From the NCBI GenBank assembly GCA_004764695.1, contig SMSO01000032.1, forward strand, positions 5,736,483 to 5,800,482: 64,000 bases of DNA, given 5' to 3'. How positions within the stretch are numbered: position 1 is the stretch's first letter; each line of letters starts with the position of its first letter. The notes under the pieces were generated by a model that did no database searches, was not told where the DNA came from, and saw nothing but the letters and a program-made list of their open reading frames with translations. This document shows positions 41,031-51,430 of the stretch, one piece after another. A program made the translations under genes and the position numbers. This DNA is from Schizochytrium sp. TIO01. Lineage: Eukaryota; Protista; Bigyra: Labyrinthulomycetes.

Positions 41031-43427
41031 ATGGTTAGCGATAAGCACCCGAGTCTCTTTGTTCTCGGCTCATTTTTTCATGTGAATAGGGACAAGTTCC
41101 TTAGAGGAAGTGGCGGTCATGCTCGTTTGAACAAACCGCACCAACAAAAGCCTCGAGTTGAAATTGAAGAAATTGACTCATCCGTGAACCTTAAAAAGAC
41201 TGTTCTCACTTTGGCGAGTATGTGGGCCATCATTTGGCAGGCTCAAGCTGCCATGGTGGAAGAGAACAGTGAAGATATTGATATTGATACAGCACCCGAC
41301 GCTGAGGCTTCAGATGAACCCTTTGATATAGGTAAGCATGTGTTAAACCAAGCCACAGAAAGTGATAACGATGAACTCGATCGTTTCGTATTACAACTAG
41401 TAACACCGAGAATTATCGATTCAGCTCTTAAGCCGCATATTAAGAATCAGCTTACACATCTCAAGACAAATCGCATGAGACAAATTCTCCGACTAGATAA
41501 TAATGTTGTATTACCAGACGATGTAATCAATGAGTTTATGGAAACAATTGTGGATATTGGTACAGAAGGTAGACTTGGATTAACCGATGAATCCATGGAG
41601 ATGTATAATTTATATCATAATACATTGGATTACTCACAAGCTAGTGATTATGACAAGTGGTGGGCATTCTTTTTCAAGGACCGGCTGTCGAAATATGATC
41701 AAGAATTTCTCGATGCAGTCAATGGAAATGATGATACCAAGAAAATGGAGCTAGTTAACAAACATATCAGCAATGAGATCTTTACTGTTTTGAAGGAGAT
41801 GAAGAACAAGCCAGAATTCGAAAAACTTGATTTCATGGAGCGCCTTGACCTTATTTTTCAAGCACCAATGTTGCGCGCTGAGTTTTTGGGAGATACTATT
41901 GACAACTACGTAGAGAATCTAATTGGACCGATTATGTGGTCATCTGATTTCCCTATGGAGAGTTTAATGCTTCAACGCGTGCGAAACAACATTACTATGA
42001 GCATCCGTAAATATTTCGACTCTCTCAAAATGCGGATTTTGCGCGGTTCAGTGGATGATATTCGTTTTCATTCAGAGCTCGATGTTCTCAAGGATATCCT
42101 TCAAACGTCTGTTGTAGGTCATCGTACTTACTCGTATGATGAAGTCATTTCGCGACTCAATGACAAAGACCTCCCTATCCGCCACAATACTCGTGTCAAA
42201 CTAGCATTGTATAATGACATTGACTTGTTTCTGAAAGCAGAGGTTGATAAGGAAGTCCTCGAACGTATGGGAACAAAAAAGTTCTTCCTCAACGCAATGA
42301 GTAGTGAGGTAAATAAGAGCGGCTGGAGTGACCTCGGGGATGTCAACATGGCTTTGATCACCACTAAAGTTGGAGAAATCTGCTCCGCAATGTTCCATAG
42401 TACAACAGAACCGGAGTTAGAGAAATTGTGCCGTGAACAAGTAACAGTGAAGACAGTGACGCAAATTGAAATCAGAGAGCCCAATCAATCAGAGTTTTTA
42501 ATCACAGGAGTCGCAAGTTTCACGGCAGGGGCATTTATTTCGATGTTGACCGTACTGTATATGTGTACTGGAGATAAGAAGTACAAGAAGGCACTGGAAA
42601 AAAGACTGGAACCGGACAATAAGGCGATCCCTAAGTCAACACCTGTCATCAGAAAGAAAGCAACTGCAACGTACACAGTCGAGGAAGAACGCCGTAATGT
42701 AATTATTACGATGCTTAAAGAGATTCTTGCAAAATCCTGGGAGGTTCCAAGGGCCATTAAAAACGGCGGAAAGTATTTGTTGTACAAACCATGGTTCAAG
42801 AATTTTGAAAAACGCGCTGGAGAAGTTGGTGTACTTCAAGTTACGATCGATGCTATCCGCAATCTGCAAGGTAGTAAGGACTTCGATTATTCATCTTTCA
42901 AGTGGAACGGAGTTCTTCTGATTGATGTGAAAAAGTTCTTCGATAGTCCAATGATGGAGGTTTATATGGAAGTACAGAAAAATGACAAATTATTACCATT
43001 TATCAGACAAAATATTTTTGTTAAAGTATTGTGGTTGTACATTCATTTTAATCAGAATGTCTTGAACAAACTGACAGATGGTATTAAAGCTATAATTCGC
43101 TTTATCACAATATATGTATGCCTGGATCTTAACGATCGTTATAGATATTTCGATGAGACAGTTGTGGATAATTTTACAACTGTCAACGACTTCATGGTGA
43201 AATATAAAATCGATGATAATTTACAGATTGTACACAGTCATTTGAATAGCAGCGGTTTATTCTATATATACAGTAGTAATATGAATGTGCGCGTATATGA
43301 TGATAGAATGAGAAAACTATTTGAAAATTTTGATGTACATCATAAAATTGTACATGCTTGTTATAATAATTGCTTCGGTGCTAATATAAATCTTCACAAA
43401 TCATATAAGGGCATTAAGTTTAATTAA
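41031..43427 (+). CDS. Large hypothetical membrane protein
   Basis: About 800 aa with a transmembrane helix near residue 500; first ATG at 41031. Confidence 0.8.
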   Translation: MVSDKHPSLFVLGSFFHVNRDKFLRGSGGHARLNKPHQQKPRVEIEEIDSSVNLKKTVLTLASMWAIIWQAQAAMVEENSEDIDIDTAPDAEASDEPFDIGKHVLNQATESDNDELDRFVLQLVTPRIIDSALKPHIKNQLTHLKTNRMRQILRLDNNVVLPDDVINEFMETIVDIGTEGRLGLTDESMEMYNLYHNTLDYSQASDYDKWWAFFFKDRLSKYDQEFLDAVNGNDDTKKMELVNKHISNEIFTVLKEMKNKPEFEKLDFMERLDLIFQAPMLRAEFLGDTIDNYVENLIGPIMWSSDFPMESLMLQRVRNNITMSIRKYFDSLKMRILRGSVDDIRFHSELDVLKDILQTSVVGHRTYSYDEVISRLNDKDLPIRHNTRVKLALYNDIDLFLKAEVDKEVLERMGTKKFFLNAMSSEVNKSGWSDLGDVNMALITTKVGEICSAMFHSTTEPELEKLCREQVTVKTVTQIEIREPNQSEFLITGVASFTAGAFISMLTVLYMCTGDKKYKKALEKRLEPDNKAIPKSTPVIRKKATATYTVEEERRNVIITMLKEILAKSWEVPRAIKNGGKYLLYKPWFKNFEKRAGEVGVLQVTIDAIRNLQGSKDFDYSSFKWNGVLLIDVKKFFDSPMMEVYMEVQKNDKLLPFIRQNIFVKVLWLYIHFNQNVLNKLTDGIKAIIRFITIYVCLDLNDRYRYFDETVVDNFTTVNDFMVKYKIDDNLQIVHSHLNSSGLFYIYSSNMNVRVYDDRMRKLFENFDVHHKIVHACYNNCFGANINLHKSYKGIKFN

Positions 43428-43842
43428 TAAATGTTACAACTTCTTCTACTAATCTTTGTCTTGTTGAGTTTTTCGTTATGAAGTGTTGAATTTTTTGCAG
43501 AATAAACTCTAATGCGGCAACACTTGTTTTGTCATCATTGTATGTACTTATAAGATTCATGATGCCAATTGAGCTTCTTCGAAGTTGTTCTATGAGAAAG
43601 GGGACATCATCACGTGCACATTTTGATGAATCGAGAACGTTTGTTATTAACTCGTTCAATGATGTTATCATGTGATGACGATTTTCTCCAAACCACCACC
43701 TTGTAATAGAGCTTGATGATAAAAGTGAAGCACTTTCAATAGAATAGAGGTGAAATCGTGTGTTCAATCTATCCCCCCGTTTAAGCTCAGCGACAACCTT
43801 TAAATTTATGATTGTGCTGGTGTCTATACTTGTTAAATGCAT
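43420..43842 (-). CDS. Hypothetical protein resembling a conserved giant-virus family
   Basis: NLKVV..L..GDRL, RWWFGENR and GIMNLISTY.DD pattern, recalled rather than searched. Confidence 0.65.
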   Translation of the reverse strand: MHLTSIDTSTIINLKVVAELKRGDRLNTRFHLYSIESASLLSSSSITRWWFGENRHHMITSLNELITNVLDSSKCARDDVPFLIEQLRRSSIGIMNLISTYNDDKTSVAALEFILQKIQHFITKNSTRQRLVEEVVTFIN

Positions 43843-43902
43843 TGTCCTATGAATGCTTATATGAACATCTCAGTCATATAAGGTTTATGTAGCTAAATAT
43901 AG

Positions 43903-44367
43903 ATGCCCAGAACAATTCGCCACGAGGAAGGTTTTAGTGATCCTCATAGCTTTTGGACAGAATGTATCTTAATCATATCACAAACGGTATTCTATGTGTG
44001 GTTATTTATCATCCTTAAGCGTATAATTGTGGATAAGAGACAAATGATGTCATCTATAGAAAGAGCCAGAGAGAATATCGTTCAGCTCATTGCAATATTC
44101 TTTTCAATATTTACACTCATGTGTATTTCTTTGATTCCCCTTCATTCATATGAGTATGTTGATATTGTAATATTTTTTACTTTCTTATGCGTACTCGTAT
44201 TTATTCTCAGAGAAGTAAGGGACTTGAAACACCAAGAACCGATAAGTAGTAGTAACAAGTACAAAGTCTCGAAAGACGAATCTATTTCATCATCAGTAGC
44301 TTTGGGTGCTGCAACTCCTAACATACTTGAAAAGGGATCCAATATTGGACCTAAGGACAATTTCTAA
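43903..44367 (+). CDS. Three-transmembrane protein
   Basis: Three hydrophobic helices. Confidence 0.65.
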   Translation: MPRTIRHEEGFSDPHSFWTECILIISQTVFYVWLFIILKRIIVDKRQMMSSIERARENIVQLIAIFFSIFTLMCISLIPLHSYEYVDIVIFFTFLCVLVFILREVRDLKHQEPISSSNKYKVSKDESISSSVALGAATPNILEKGSNIGPKDNF

Positions 44368-44811
44368 GAATCTACAGTGCCGATCATGTTCTGTCCCGTT
44401 CATGTTTAGATGGAGCGCATCCTTCGACACAGGGTATTTTGTGGAGATGCTTTTCAGTTGCATACTTTCGTCAAAGGCATTGATATAATGCAATATCTGA
44501 GTTGTCTCTCTCAGATTAACACTTATCAGTCTGATGAAGATAAATGTATTGGTAGGGGTAGATAGAGTAACATGTATACCAAGTGGCCTGATGTCACTAT
44601 ATGAGGCACGCTTAATCACTTGATGGAATACATCAGGTCCTAGAAATTGACACACTAGTTTTAGTTCTTCTAAAAGCTCTAACTCTAATTGTTGTTGGGT
44701 CGCGTCCCCTGTCCATATAAACTCGATATAACGCAATGGTGATTGGCATCCGTAGAGGCTCAAGAGAAACCTACCGACTGATGTATTATGTGCCCTCCAC
44801 GTCGGGGTCAT
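44293..44811 (-). CDS. Hypothetical protein
   Basis: 172-aa ORF whose start overlaps the upstream stop (ATGA). Confidence 0.6.
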   Translation of the reverse strand: MTPTWRAHNTSVGRFLLSLYGCQSPLRYIEFIWTGDATQQQLELELLEELKLVCQFLGPDVFHQVIKRASYSDIRPLGIHVTLSTPTNTFIFIRLISVNLRETTQILHYINAFDESMQLKSISTKYPVSKDALHLNMNGTEHDRHCRFLEIVLRSNIGSLFKYVRSCSTQSY

Positions 44812-45413
44812 GGATCTTCGAGTTTGGGGTTTACTATTCTTAATCCGAGGTTCCAGAATATTGATTGTAATCGGAATGTATCTCCAAGTGCGCTATGTTG
44901 ACTGAACAGACTAACTGTATTATCAGATGCATTTTTCGAGGCTTGAAAAACATTTTCTAAGGAATAACTTGTGAATCTTTTGCCACATGTACTACGAGCA
45001 ATCGTCAGTAGATCTTGTATGCAAAAGGGCAAAGGTTTGTCACCGAAGCATTTCTTGAGCGCAGCTTGATCGTGACCAGCTCCCCAAAATAGGAGCAAAA
45101 TATCATCAACCTCATACATTGTTTTTATATGATTTATGTGTGAAATCACATTCGTGATATGTTGATGTGTTTTTCTAGTTCTACTTGCATTTTTGTCGGT
45201 TGAAACATTGAATATGATTGGAGAATGGAGCTTTTTAATCTCACCGTCAGTATAATATATGTGGTCAATCACACATGCGAATTCCCACAAGTTGGACTTA
45301 TCACTTCTGTGAGGCGCACCTTCTGTATCAGCAAATCCTACTAGATAAGATTTCCGACGATTCCTTGCACTGCTCACGGAAAGGCGTGCAAACAAGTTCT
45401 CTAATACCTGCAT
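44808..45413 (-). CDS. DEDDh 3'-5' exonuclease-like protein
   Basis: FADTEG (Exo I), WGAGHD (Exo II), HSALGD (Exo III). Confidence 0.75.
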   Translation of the reverse strand: MQVLENLFARLSVSSARNRRKSYLVGFADTEGAPHRSDKSNLWEFACVIDHIYYTDGEIKKLHSPIIFNVSTDKNASRTRKTHQHITNVISHINHIKTMYEVDDILLLFWGAGHDQAALKKCFGDKPLPFCIQDLLTIARSTCGKRFTSYSLENVFQASKNASDNTVSLFSQHSALGDTFRLQSIFWNLGLRIVNPKLEDP

Positions 45414-45460
45414 GTTTTTAAATGTTAGAGTAAAGAGGAGTATTTGTTTATATAATTTAT

Positions 45461-47182
45461 TTACTTATTATCTTCGTCATTATAGTTTTGTTCACTAAAA
45501 ACTGCAATAGCTCTATTGACTTTTCCCTCTAGTGTATCACCTGGTACATTTGATAATTCAACCGATGATGCTTGGCTTTTATAATCATCATCATCTGAAT
45601 CCAGATCTTGTCCGTCATTTGCACCTTCAATCAGTCTTTCAATGGTGTCATCCGGAGTAATTTTTGCGCTGTCCAATTGAACATCATCATTATCAGATTC
45701 TTCTTCTTCTCGGTCAGATTCTTCTTCTTCTTGGTCAGAGTCTTCTTCTTCTTGGGCAGATTCCTCTTCCTGGTCAGCATCGCCTTCAGAAATACTGCCC
45801 CCGATTCCATCAGCTTGTTTAGATTCAACATCACTATCAGGCTCGGTACCTCCATCACTTACCACGCTATCATTATCAGACGATTCGGCACTATCATTAT
45901 GATCTTCATCATTGTTAGAACCAAGTTTCGAATTCGTAGTAACATGGGCATGGCGGTCATTATGGTTAACTCCATCTTGCGTAGTACCGGATCCGTGTGT
46001 GGATTCTGACTCGGATTCCACATCCGATTCTGTTGAATCTGAATCGGAATCACCTGATTCTTCTGCATCAGAATTCAACGATTCTTCATCATCTGAATCG
46101 TGAGCATTTTTATAGTCACTGTTCTTTAAATAATTATCGTCTGTACCGTCGTAATTATTTGAACTAGTAGAGCTCTCCGAACTACTTGAGCTAATAGAGC
46201 TCTCCGAACTACTTGAGCTAATAGAACTATCCGAACTACTTGAGCTAATAGAACTCTCTGAACCACTTGAGCTAATAGAGCTCTCTGAACTACTCGAGCT
46301 AATAGAACTCTCCGAACTACTCGAGCTAATAGAACTCTCCGAATCACTCGAATATGCGTCATCATCAGCGAACAAATCGTTTGAATTACTATTACTCATC
46401 GATGCAAGCGATTGACCATCGCTGTCAGAACTATATTCATCAAAATCATCACTGTGCTGCAAATATTCAGATTCTGACGATGAAGAAGATGCTGATGTAT
46501 TATCATCTTGGTCGTGATAAGCATTACCTGCAGTCTTCACACATGCTCCAGGATTAATATCGGTAAGAAAATCTGTGTAATCAATTCTTTCAATCATTTT
46601 CTGTTCGGCCACATATGTAGACGGGATGTATTTTGGATTTCCCTCACCCATACTTCTATTAGAATGGGCGTGGTGTAAATGGTCTAAGAGATCGCCTTTA
46701 AAAATATATTTTAAAGGTTCTATGATATTTACCAACTCGATACTATATTTATTAGTTTGATAGTACTCATTAAAAGGAACAGTGTTATTTTTGAAAAAAA
46801 TGGGTGCTAACATGAAACTGGAGAAAATATACTGTGCAAGAGTTTCACGATAATCATAATAGGCGTCTGCATCGCGTGGTTTTGTTGTTTTCAGTTCATT
46901 TTCTTCCTTCTCCAACTCCGTGAGCATATAGTGCATTGCATCAAGACAATAACCCGCTGTTGCAGTATTTAACTCCTTCTTGTCCTTATCATTTTCCTCA
47001 TCGTTATTGTTAGCAATGATAAGCATAAAATAGCTGAGAACAAGAACGGGGATGTGTGGTACATCCTTCATGAGTTTGTTCAAGTTGGTAGTTTTAAGAT
47101 TGTCAAATTTGTATTCTACGATGACATTGGGCAAATGCTTCACCGTGATATTCAATACCATGACGATGTATCCTTCAATCAT
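45461..47182 (-). CDS. Protein with very long Ser/Asp/Glu-rich C-terminus
   Basis: 573 aa containing SESSISSSS repeats and EEEDSD repeats. Confidence 0.8.
   Translation of the reverse strand: MIEGYIVMVLNITVKHLPNVIVEYKFDNLKTTNLNKLMKDVPHIPVLVLSYFMLIIANNNDEENDKDKKELNTATAGYCLDAMHYMLTELEKEENELKTTKPRDADAYYDYRETLAQYIFSSFMLAPIFFKNNTVPFNEYYQTNKYSIELVNIIEPLKYIFKGDLLDHLHHAHSNRSMGEGNPKYIPSTYVAEQKMIERIDYTDFLTDINPGACVKTAGNAYHDQDDNTSASSSSSESEYLQHSDDFDEYSSDSDGQSLASMSNSNSNDLFADDDAYSSDSESSISSSSSESSISSSSSESSISSSGSESSISSSSSDSSISSSSSESSISSSSSESSTSSNNYDGTDDNYLKNSDYKNAHDSDDEESLNSDAEESGDSDSDSTESDVESESESTHGSGTTQDGVNHNDRHAHVTTNSKLGSNNDEDHNDSAESSDNDSVVSDGGTEPDSDVESKQADGIGGSISEGDADQEEESAQEEEDSDQEEEESDREEEESDNDDVQLDSAKITPDDTIERLIEGANDGQDLDSDDDDYKSQASSVELSNVPGDTLEGKVNRAIAVFSEQNYNDEDNK
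46163..46345. repeat. 27-bp coding tandem repeat (~7 units)
   Basis: GAACTACTTGAGCTAATAGAGCTCTCC-like units encoding SESSISSSS. Confidence 0.85.
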
Positions 47183-47250
47183 TCTATTGAATTTGGATAT
47201 GTATATATGTTGTTGTTTACTAGATGTTCAGCTGCAGCGTAGGATAAATT

Positions 47251-47799
47251 ATGATTACGGTACCTTTTAAACGCACGAATCACGTTATCTCAATCCGTTT
47301 CAGAGGTAGAAAAAGTTTAGACGATCTATTTAGATGTGTTCTAGCGGGTAAGTACTGTCCTAAAAAGTTTTCGGCGATTACCCTAAAGGTGTGTAACCCC
47401 CCTGCAACTGTGATTCTCTTCAGCACAGGGACGGCATCTTGTATGGGTATCCGTTCGTATTACGGTGCTTTACTTGTGTTACATTATATCAAAAAGAAGC
47501 TCGGGTTAGAACTGATTCACATAATGTTAACCAATATAGTCAGTAACTTCAGTGTGGCGGATCTGTTTCCGTCACTAGATATCGATCGGTTTCAAATGTG
47601 CAATATGCGGTTTTGTTCGTATAACCCAGCAGTGTTTCCAAGTTGTTCGTATAAAAGAGATAACAAGAACATAAAGATTAACATTTTTAGTTCTGGGCGT
47701 ATCATTGTAGTCGGTACCAAGACCGATCAAGATATTCATGAAACAATAGAATTTATATGTCAAGAGTTCGCGAAACTATTTACCATTAAAGGAGCATAA
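47251..47799 (+). CDS. TBP: TATA-box binding protein
   Basis: Two-repeat fold: YCPKKFSA..ATVILFSTG..CMG and YNPAVFP..INIFSSGRIIVVGTK. Confidence 0.9.
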   Translation: MITVPFKRTNHVISIRFRGRKSLDDLFRCVLAGKYCPKKFSAITLKVCNPPATVILFSTGTASCMGIRSYYGALLVLHYIKKKLGLELIHIMLTNIVSNFSVADLFPSLDIDRFQMCNMRFCSYNPAVFPSCSYKRDNKNIKINIFSSGRIIVVGTKTDQDIHETIEFICQEFAKLFTIKGA

Positions 47800-48601
47800 C
47801 TGGTTCGCTGAATTTTGTTGTTTCCATACTTGTGGTAGTGTGACTGGGTTTTGCATCCTTTTGTAGCTCGGGAGGAGAAGTTGGTACAGGGACCGAGGAT
47901 AAATCCTGGTCGTACATGTAAGGATCTGTGAGTTCTATTTCATCTTCGCTATCCGACGCAGCTAGATATTCATCAATCTCACGGTCCAGATCATCAGTCA
48001 TATCGGACGTCAGTATGTTAACCTTTACAGTATCTGAAATAAGGTTGTTAATGTTTTCAATTTCGCGATTTGTGTCATCAATAGTATCAAAATTCTCTTG
48101 TAACTCATCCAAATCGATACCCTCAATTGTGCTCATCGATTTCTTAAGATCTGCGATATTAGCTGCCATTGCATGTGTTTCTATTGAATTCTCAATATTA
48201 ATTTTCGCTCTTACAAAGATGTTGATTTGATTCTCAATAGTAGCAATTTGTTTCATGACCATTTTTAAATGGAGTCGACAGTTGGTCTCCATTGATTTAC
48301 GAGTAATACCACCAGTGACTCTGACTGACTTGTCTTTCAGATTTTTCAGTGTAACCAGTCCTTCTTTTTCCTTCCTACGCAAGTCTACAACGCGCCCTTC
48401 TAGCCTCAAGATTGCAGCATCCAATTTAGCTACGTCTTGATCTACCATGTTAGCTGTAGAAATACTTTGTGAGAAGAAAGATCGCATCAACTGAGAACAA
48501 ATGCCTCCTGATGCAGTATGTGGCATACCTTCCAACTGATTAACGGTATGGCTACTAGTAGTTGTGATACTATTATTTCTCGATTGCATGGGGCGAGTCA
48601 T
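47786..48601 (-). CDS. ESCRT-III protein, Snf7/CHMP4-like
   Basis: KQIATIENQINIF..KINIENSIE...LKKSM..IDLDELQENFDTIDD...EIENINNLIS...DDLDREIDEY. Confidence 0.75.
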   Translation of the reverse strand: MTRPMQSRNNSITTTSSHTVNQLEGMPHTASGGICSQLMRSFFSQSISTANMVDQDVAKLDAAILRLEGRVVDLRRKEKEGLVTLKNLKDKSVRVTGGITRKSMETNCRLHLKMVMKQIATIENQINIFVRAKINIENSIETHAMAANIADLKKSMSTIEGIDLDELQENFDTIDDTNREIENINNLISDTVKVNILTSDMTDDLDREIDEYLAASDSEDEIELTDPYMYDQDLSSVPVPTSPPELQKDAKPSHTTTSMETTKFSEPVMLL

Positions 48602-49703
48602 CTACCTCATTTTTCTTTTCATCATATAATCGATTGGATGATTTTACGAAAACGGCCCAAGATTTGTCATAGTCTGATTCATCAAAGGGGTGAGAATAAT
48701 TTGTCGGTTTTCCCGTAACATGACATCGTATAGTTGATAGTTGCCATTCAGTAAACGTGTATGATGTATCAAAGTAAATGAGCACATGATCGAGTAATTT
48801 CTTTATGTAATGTTCCTGAAATTCGTCTAATGAAACATGCTGGAGTAATAGTGACAATGAGCCTGTACGCAAAGATATTAACTTCCCAACCGGCACACTC
48901 CTGGAATTATTATTTCCACGTCTCTTCACCCAAAGGTCGATGAAAAAAAATAGAATCGTCATACAAGCGGCAAACCTATCAACGCGAGCATTGACATCCA
49001 TAAAATTTGACCCCACTGGCCGCTTCCCAATACTGGGTAAAATATAGGGAACTGTTCCAACAGCAGTTCTTCTATCACCATAAGGACAGGAGAACCCAAA
49101 ATCAATCAATCTCCACTTTTCTCCATCAAAGGTTATATTCTCAGGTTTGATATCCCTATGGCAAATTGATAACTTCTCGAGATGATCCACTATACGCGGG
49201 ATATCATACATAAGACGCCGAACAGCTTGCTTTGAGCACTTGTTTGTCCGGATCAGATCGAAAGCATCTAAACCATAATTATGTAAGACAATATGTTTGC
49301 TTCTTGCTTCAGTATCATTGTACTCATCTACCAATGGTGTCTCAAAGCCCAGCTGTTTTAGACTTTTGAGTATATGGATTTCATTAACGGCAAGCTTATA
49401 TCCTAATTCTGTTGGCTTGAAACTCTTCAGAACAAATTTATCGGATTTGAAAATTAGTGCGGTGGGTGAACGGTTACAAATCTCTAATTGCTTCTCTGGA
49501 AACCAGGTTGTGATAAATTCTACCAAATCAGTGTTTATGTTGAGAGTCTGAATGCACTTTTGAAATTCATGAAAGTGTGGCTTGACTTGATCATTATTTT
49601 TATACTCGTCGGTTATTTTTAGGGCTATTTCATTTGTACTTTGTGCATCACAACAAGATTGTGTACAACGCGACTTTATAAAGGAAACAATCTGACCGAT
49701 CAT
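48573..49703 (-). CDS. Ser/Thr protein kinase
   Basis: VLK, NEI, HRDIKPEN, LIDFG and GTVPY motifs. Confidence 0.9.
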   Translation of the reverse strand: MIGQIVSFIKSRCTQSCCDAQSTNEIALKITDEYKNNDQVKPHFHEFQKCIQTLNINTDLVEFITTWFPEKQLEICNRSPTALIFKSDKFVLKSFKPTELGYKLAVNEIHILKSLKQLGFETPLVDEYNDTEARSKHIVLHNYGLDAFDLIRTNKCSKQAVRRLMYDIPRIVDHLEKLSICHRDIKPENITFDGEKWRLIDFGFSCPYGDRRTAVGTVPYILPSIGKRPVGSNFMDVNARVDRFAACMTILFFFIDLWVKRRGNNNSRSVPVGKLISLRTGSLSLLLQHVSLDEFQEHYIKKLLDHVLIYFDTSYTFTEWQLSTIRCHVTGKPTNYSHPFDESDYDKSWAVFVKSSNRLYDEKKNEVDDSPHAIEK

Positions 49704-49762
49704 ATTGATCTAATTATATTGTATTATTCGAAATCTATTTAGGTGAGCGTTATAACACACAG

Positions 49763-50350
49763 ATGCCCTCTATAGTCAGCTTTGATATTGGATATGTTCA
49801 CCTGGCCATGGTGAATGCCAAGGTGACCTGGGATGGTCGCGTGGAATGTGTTGACCATTGTATGTTGTATGATCTACGCAAAATCAAATGCAATAGCTCT
49901 TGTAAGCATTTTGATGCAAAGGACAAATCTACGTCCCACCGTCTAATACACTTTGTAAAGAATCATCACTTCATCCTGCGCCGTGCTGACGTCATTCTTC
50001 TTGAACTACAACCACTGCAAGGTTTAAAGGCAGTTGAGCAATGTCTTTATATGCTACTCAAAATGCGATTCGGGAGTAGAGTTAAGGTTCGTCTTGTTGC
50101 GCCGGTCTCAGTACATAGTCTGTTCAAGATGTCATCAGACTACGATCTAAGAAAGGTCGAGTCTACTGCCAAAACGGAGAAATACCTAGCCACAATGGCA
50201 GCGTTTAGGCGCTTCAAGCGAAAGCATGATATGGCGGATGCAATGTTGTTCATTTTGTATTATACACAAAGTGGGTTATTTAAAAGGGATTTCGAACAAA
50301 AAACTAACAATCCATTTATTTCATTTGAATATTGCTCACCTAACACTTAA
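49763..50350 (+). CDS. Holliday junction resolvase (poxvirus A22/RuvC-like)
   Basis: VSFDIG..HLA, ILLELQP, RK..S and KHDMADAML motifs. Confidence 0.9.
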   Translation: MPSIVSFDIGYVHLAMVNAKVTWDGRVECVDHCMLYDLRKIKCNSSCKHFDAKDKSTSHRLIHFVKNHHFILRRADVILLELQPLQGLKAVEQCLYMLLKMRFGSRVKVRLVAPVSVHSLFKMSSDYDLRKVESTAKTEKYLATMAAFRRFKRKHDMADAMLFILYYTQSGLFKRDFEQKTNNPFISFEYCSPNT

Positions 50351-51376
50351 TTCAATCTTATTTTTCTGATGAATACCATTGGTAGTTTCATAGATTTCAC
50401 TATTATCTTCGTCGTCACTTGAGTCAATATGGTGGTCAAAACTGAGTGTGCGAGTTCGCTGAACCAATCTTTCATTTGATCCATCATTGAAAACCCTAAC
50501 TCGCTGCCGTTGTGCTGCACGACTGTACAGGAGCATGAGAAAAATAGCTAGACCATACCCAAACAATACACCCAATATACTACCCAATCCCCACGGAACG
50601 AGAGTAACTATCCACTTTCTATGTTGAAGAGATGCCAGAGTACAAACTATCAGAACAAGTAGTGGTAGAATTATATACATCGTCATAAATCGGCTATAAA
50701 TCGTGAATTGGTCACAATGGAAGAGATAGGCAAAGTGGAAAAGTACAAACGCAAAGGCCGTGGAGAAACTGATACCTAAGAGGGCTGAAGAAAATGCTTC
50801 GTACATGTTGCCTGCATAAGAGTATCCGCCAAAACACACATCATCAACTTCGTCGGTAAACTTGATACAAGTCCCGAATGGTTCCCTACAAGTAACATAC
50901 TCAATGGATCGACTATCTGCCCATGTACTTTCTATATTCTGCTCAAATGTCTCAATAAACAAATTGGTTCCTCTAAAGAGAGTCTTAACCCAAATTACAT
51001 CTGTTTGTTCAGCATGAAAGCCCACTCTATCTGTAATTGGAGTCAATGGATTTAGATAGCTAACTTTTGTTTGAAATATATCGTATAGTGCGAATATGTA
51101 TCCCGAACAAGACAAAGTATTTAATTGATCATCATAGAGTAGACAATGGTGGTAAGAACACATTGTTATATTTCTTACATGTGTGTACTGTACATTTTTG
51201 GAAGATTGTTTACTTGAACAGAGTGCCACACTGGTGTCTGTGTTATAGGTGCAACTAGTTGCATTACCGAACAAGACAATCGGATTCTGAGCTTCATCAA
51301 AATCAACTTGGAATGCCGTACCTGAATATGCAAAAATTGCAAGCAGCAAAACCCTAACTGTCGAATATCCATGCAT
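50336..51376 (-). CDS. Membrane protein with Cys-containing ectodomain (paralog of 21335-22069)
   Basis: Signal peptide, NTLSCSG, NPLTP, three transmembrane helices. Confidence 0.75.
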   Translation of the reverse strand: MHGYSTVRVLLLAIFAYSGTAFQVDFDEAQNPIVLFGNATSCTYNTDTSVALCSSKQSSKNVQYTHVRNITMCSYHHCLLYDDQLNTLSCSGYIFALYDIFQTKVSYLNPLTPITDRVGFHAEQTDVIWVKTLFRGTNLFIETFEQNIESTWADSRSIEYVTCREPFGTCIKFTDEVDDVCFGGYSYAGNMYEAFSSALLGISFSTAFAFVLFHFAYLFHCDQFTIYSRFMTMYIILPLLVLIVCTLASLQHRKWIVTLVPWGLGSILGVLFGYGLAIFLMLLYSRAAQRQRVRVFNDGSNERLVQRTRTLSFDHHIDSSDDEDNSEIYETTNGIHQKNKIELSVR

Positions 51377-51430
51377 ACGTGTTGAAGTTACTGCTTGTCT
51401 TGCTCACTGACTTGATTCATATATCCCACG

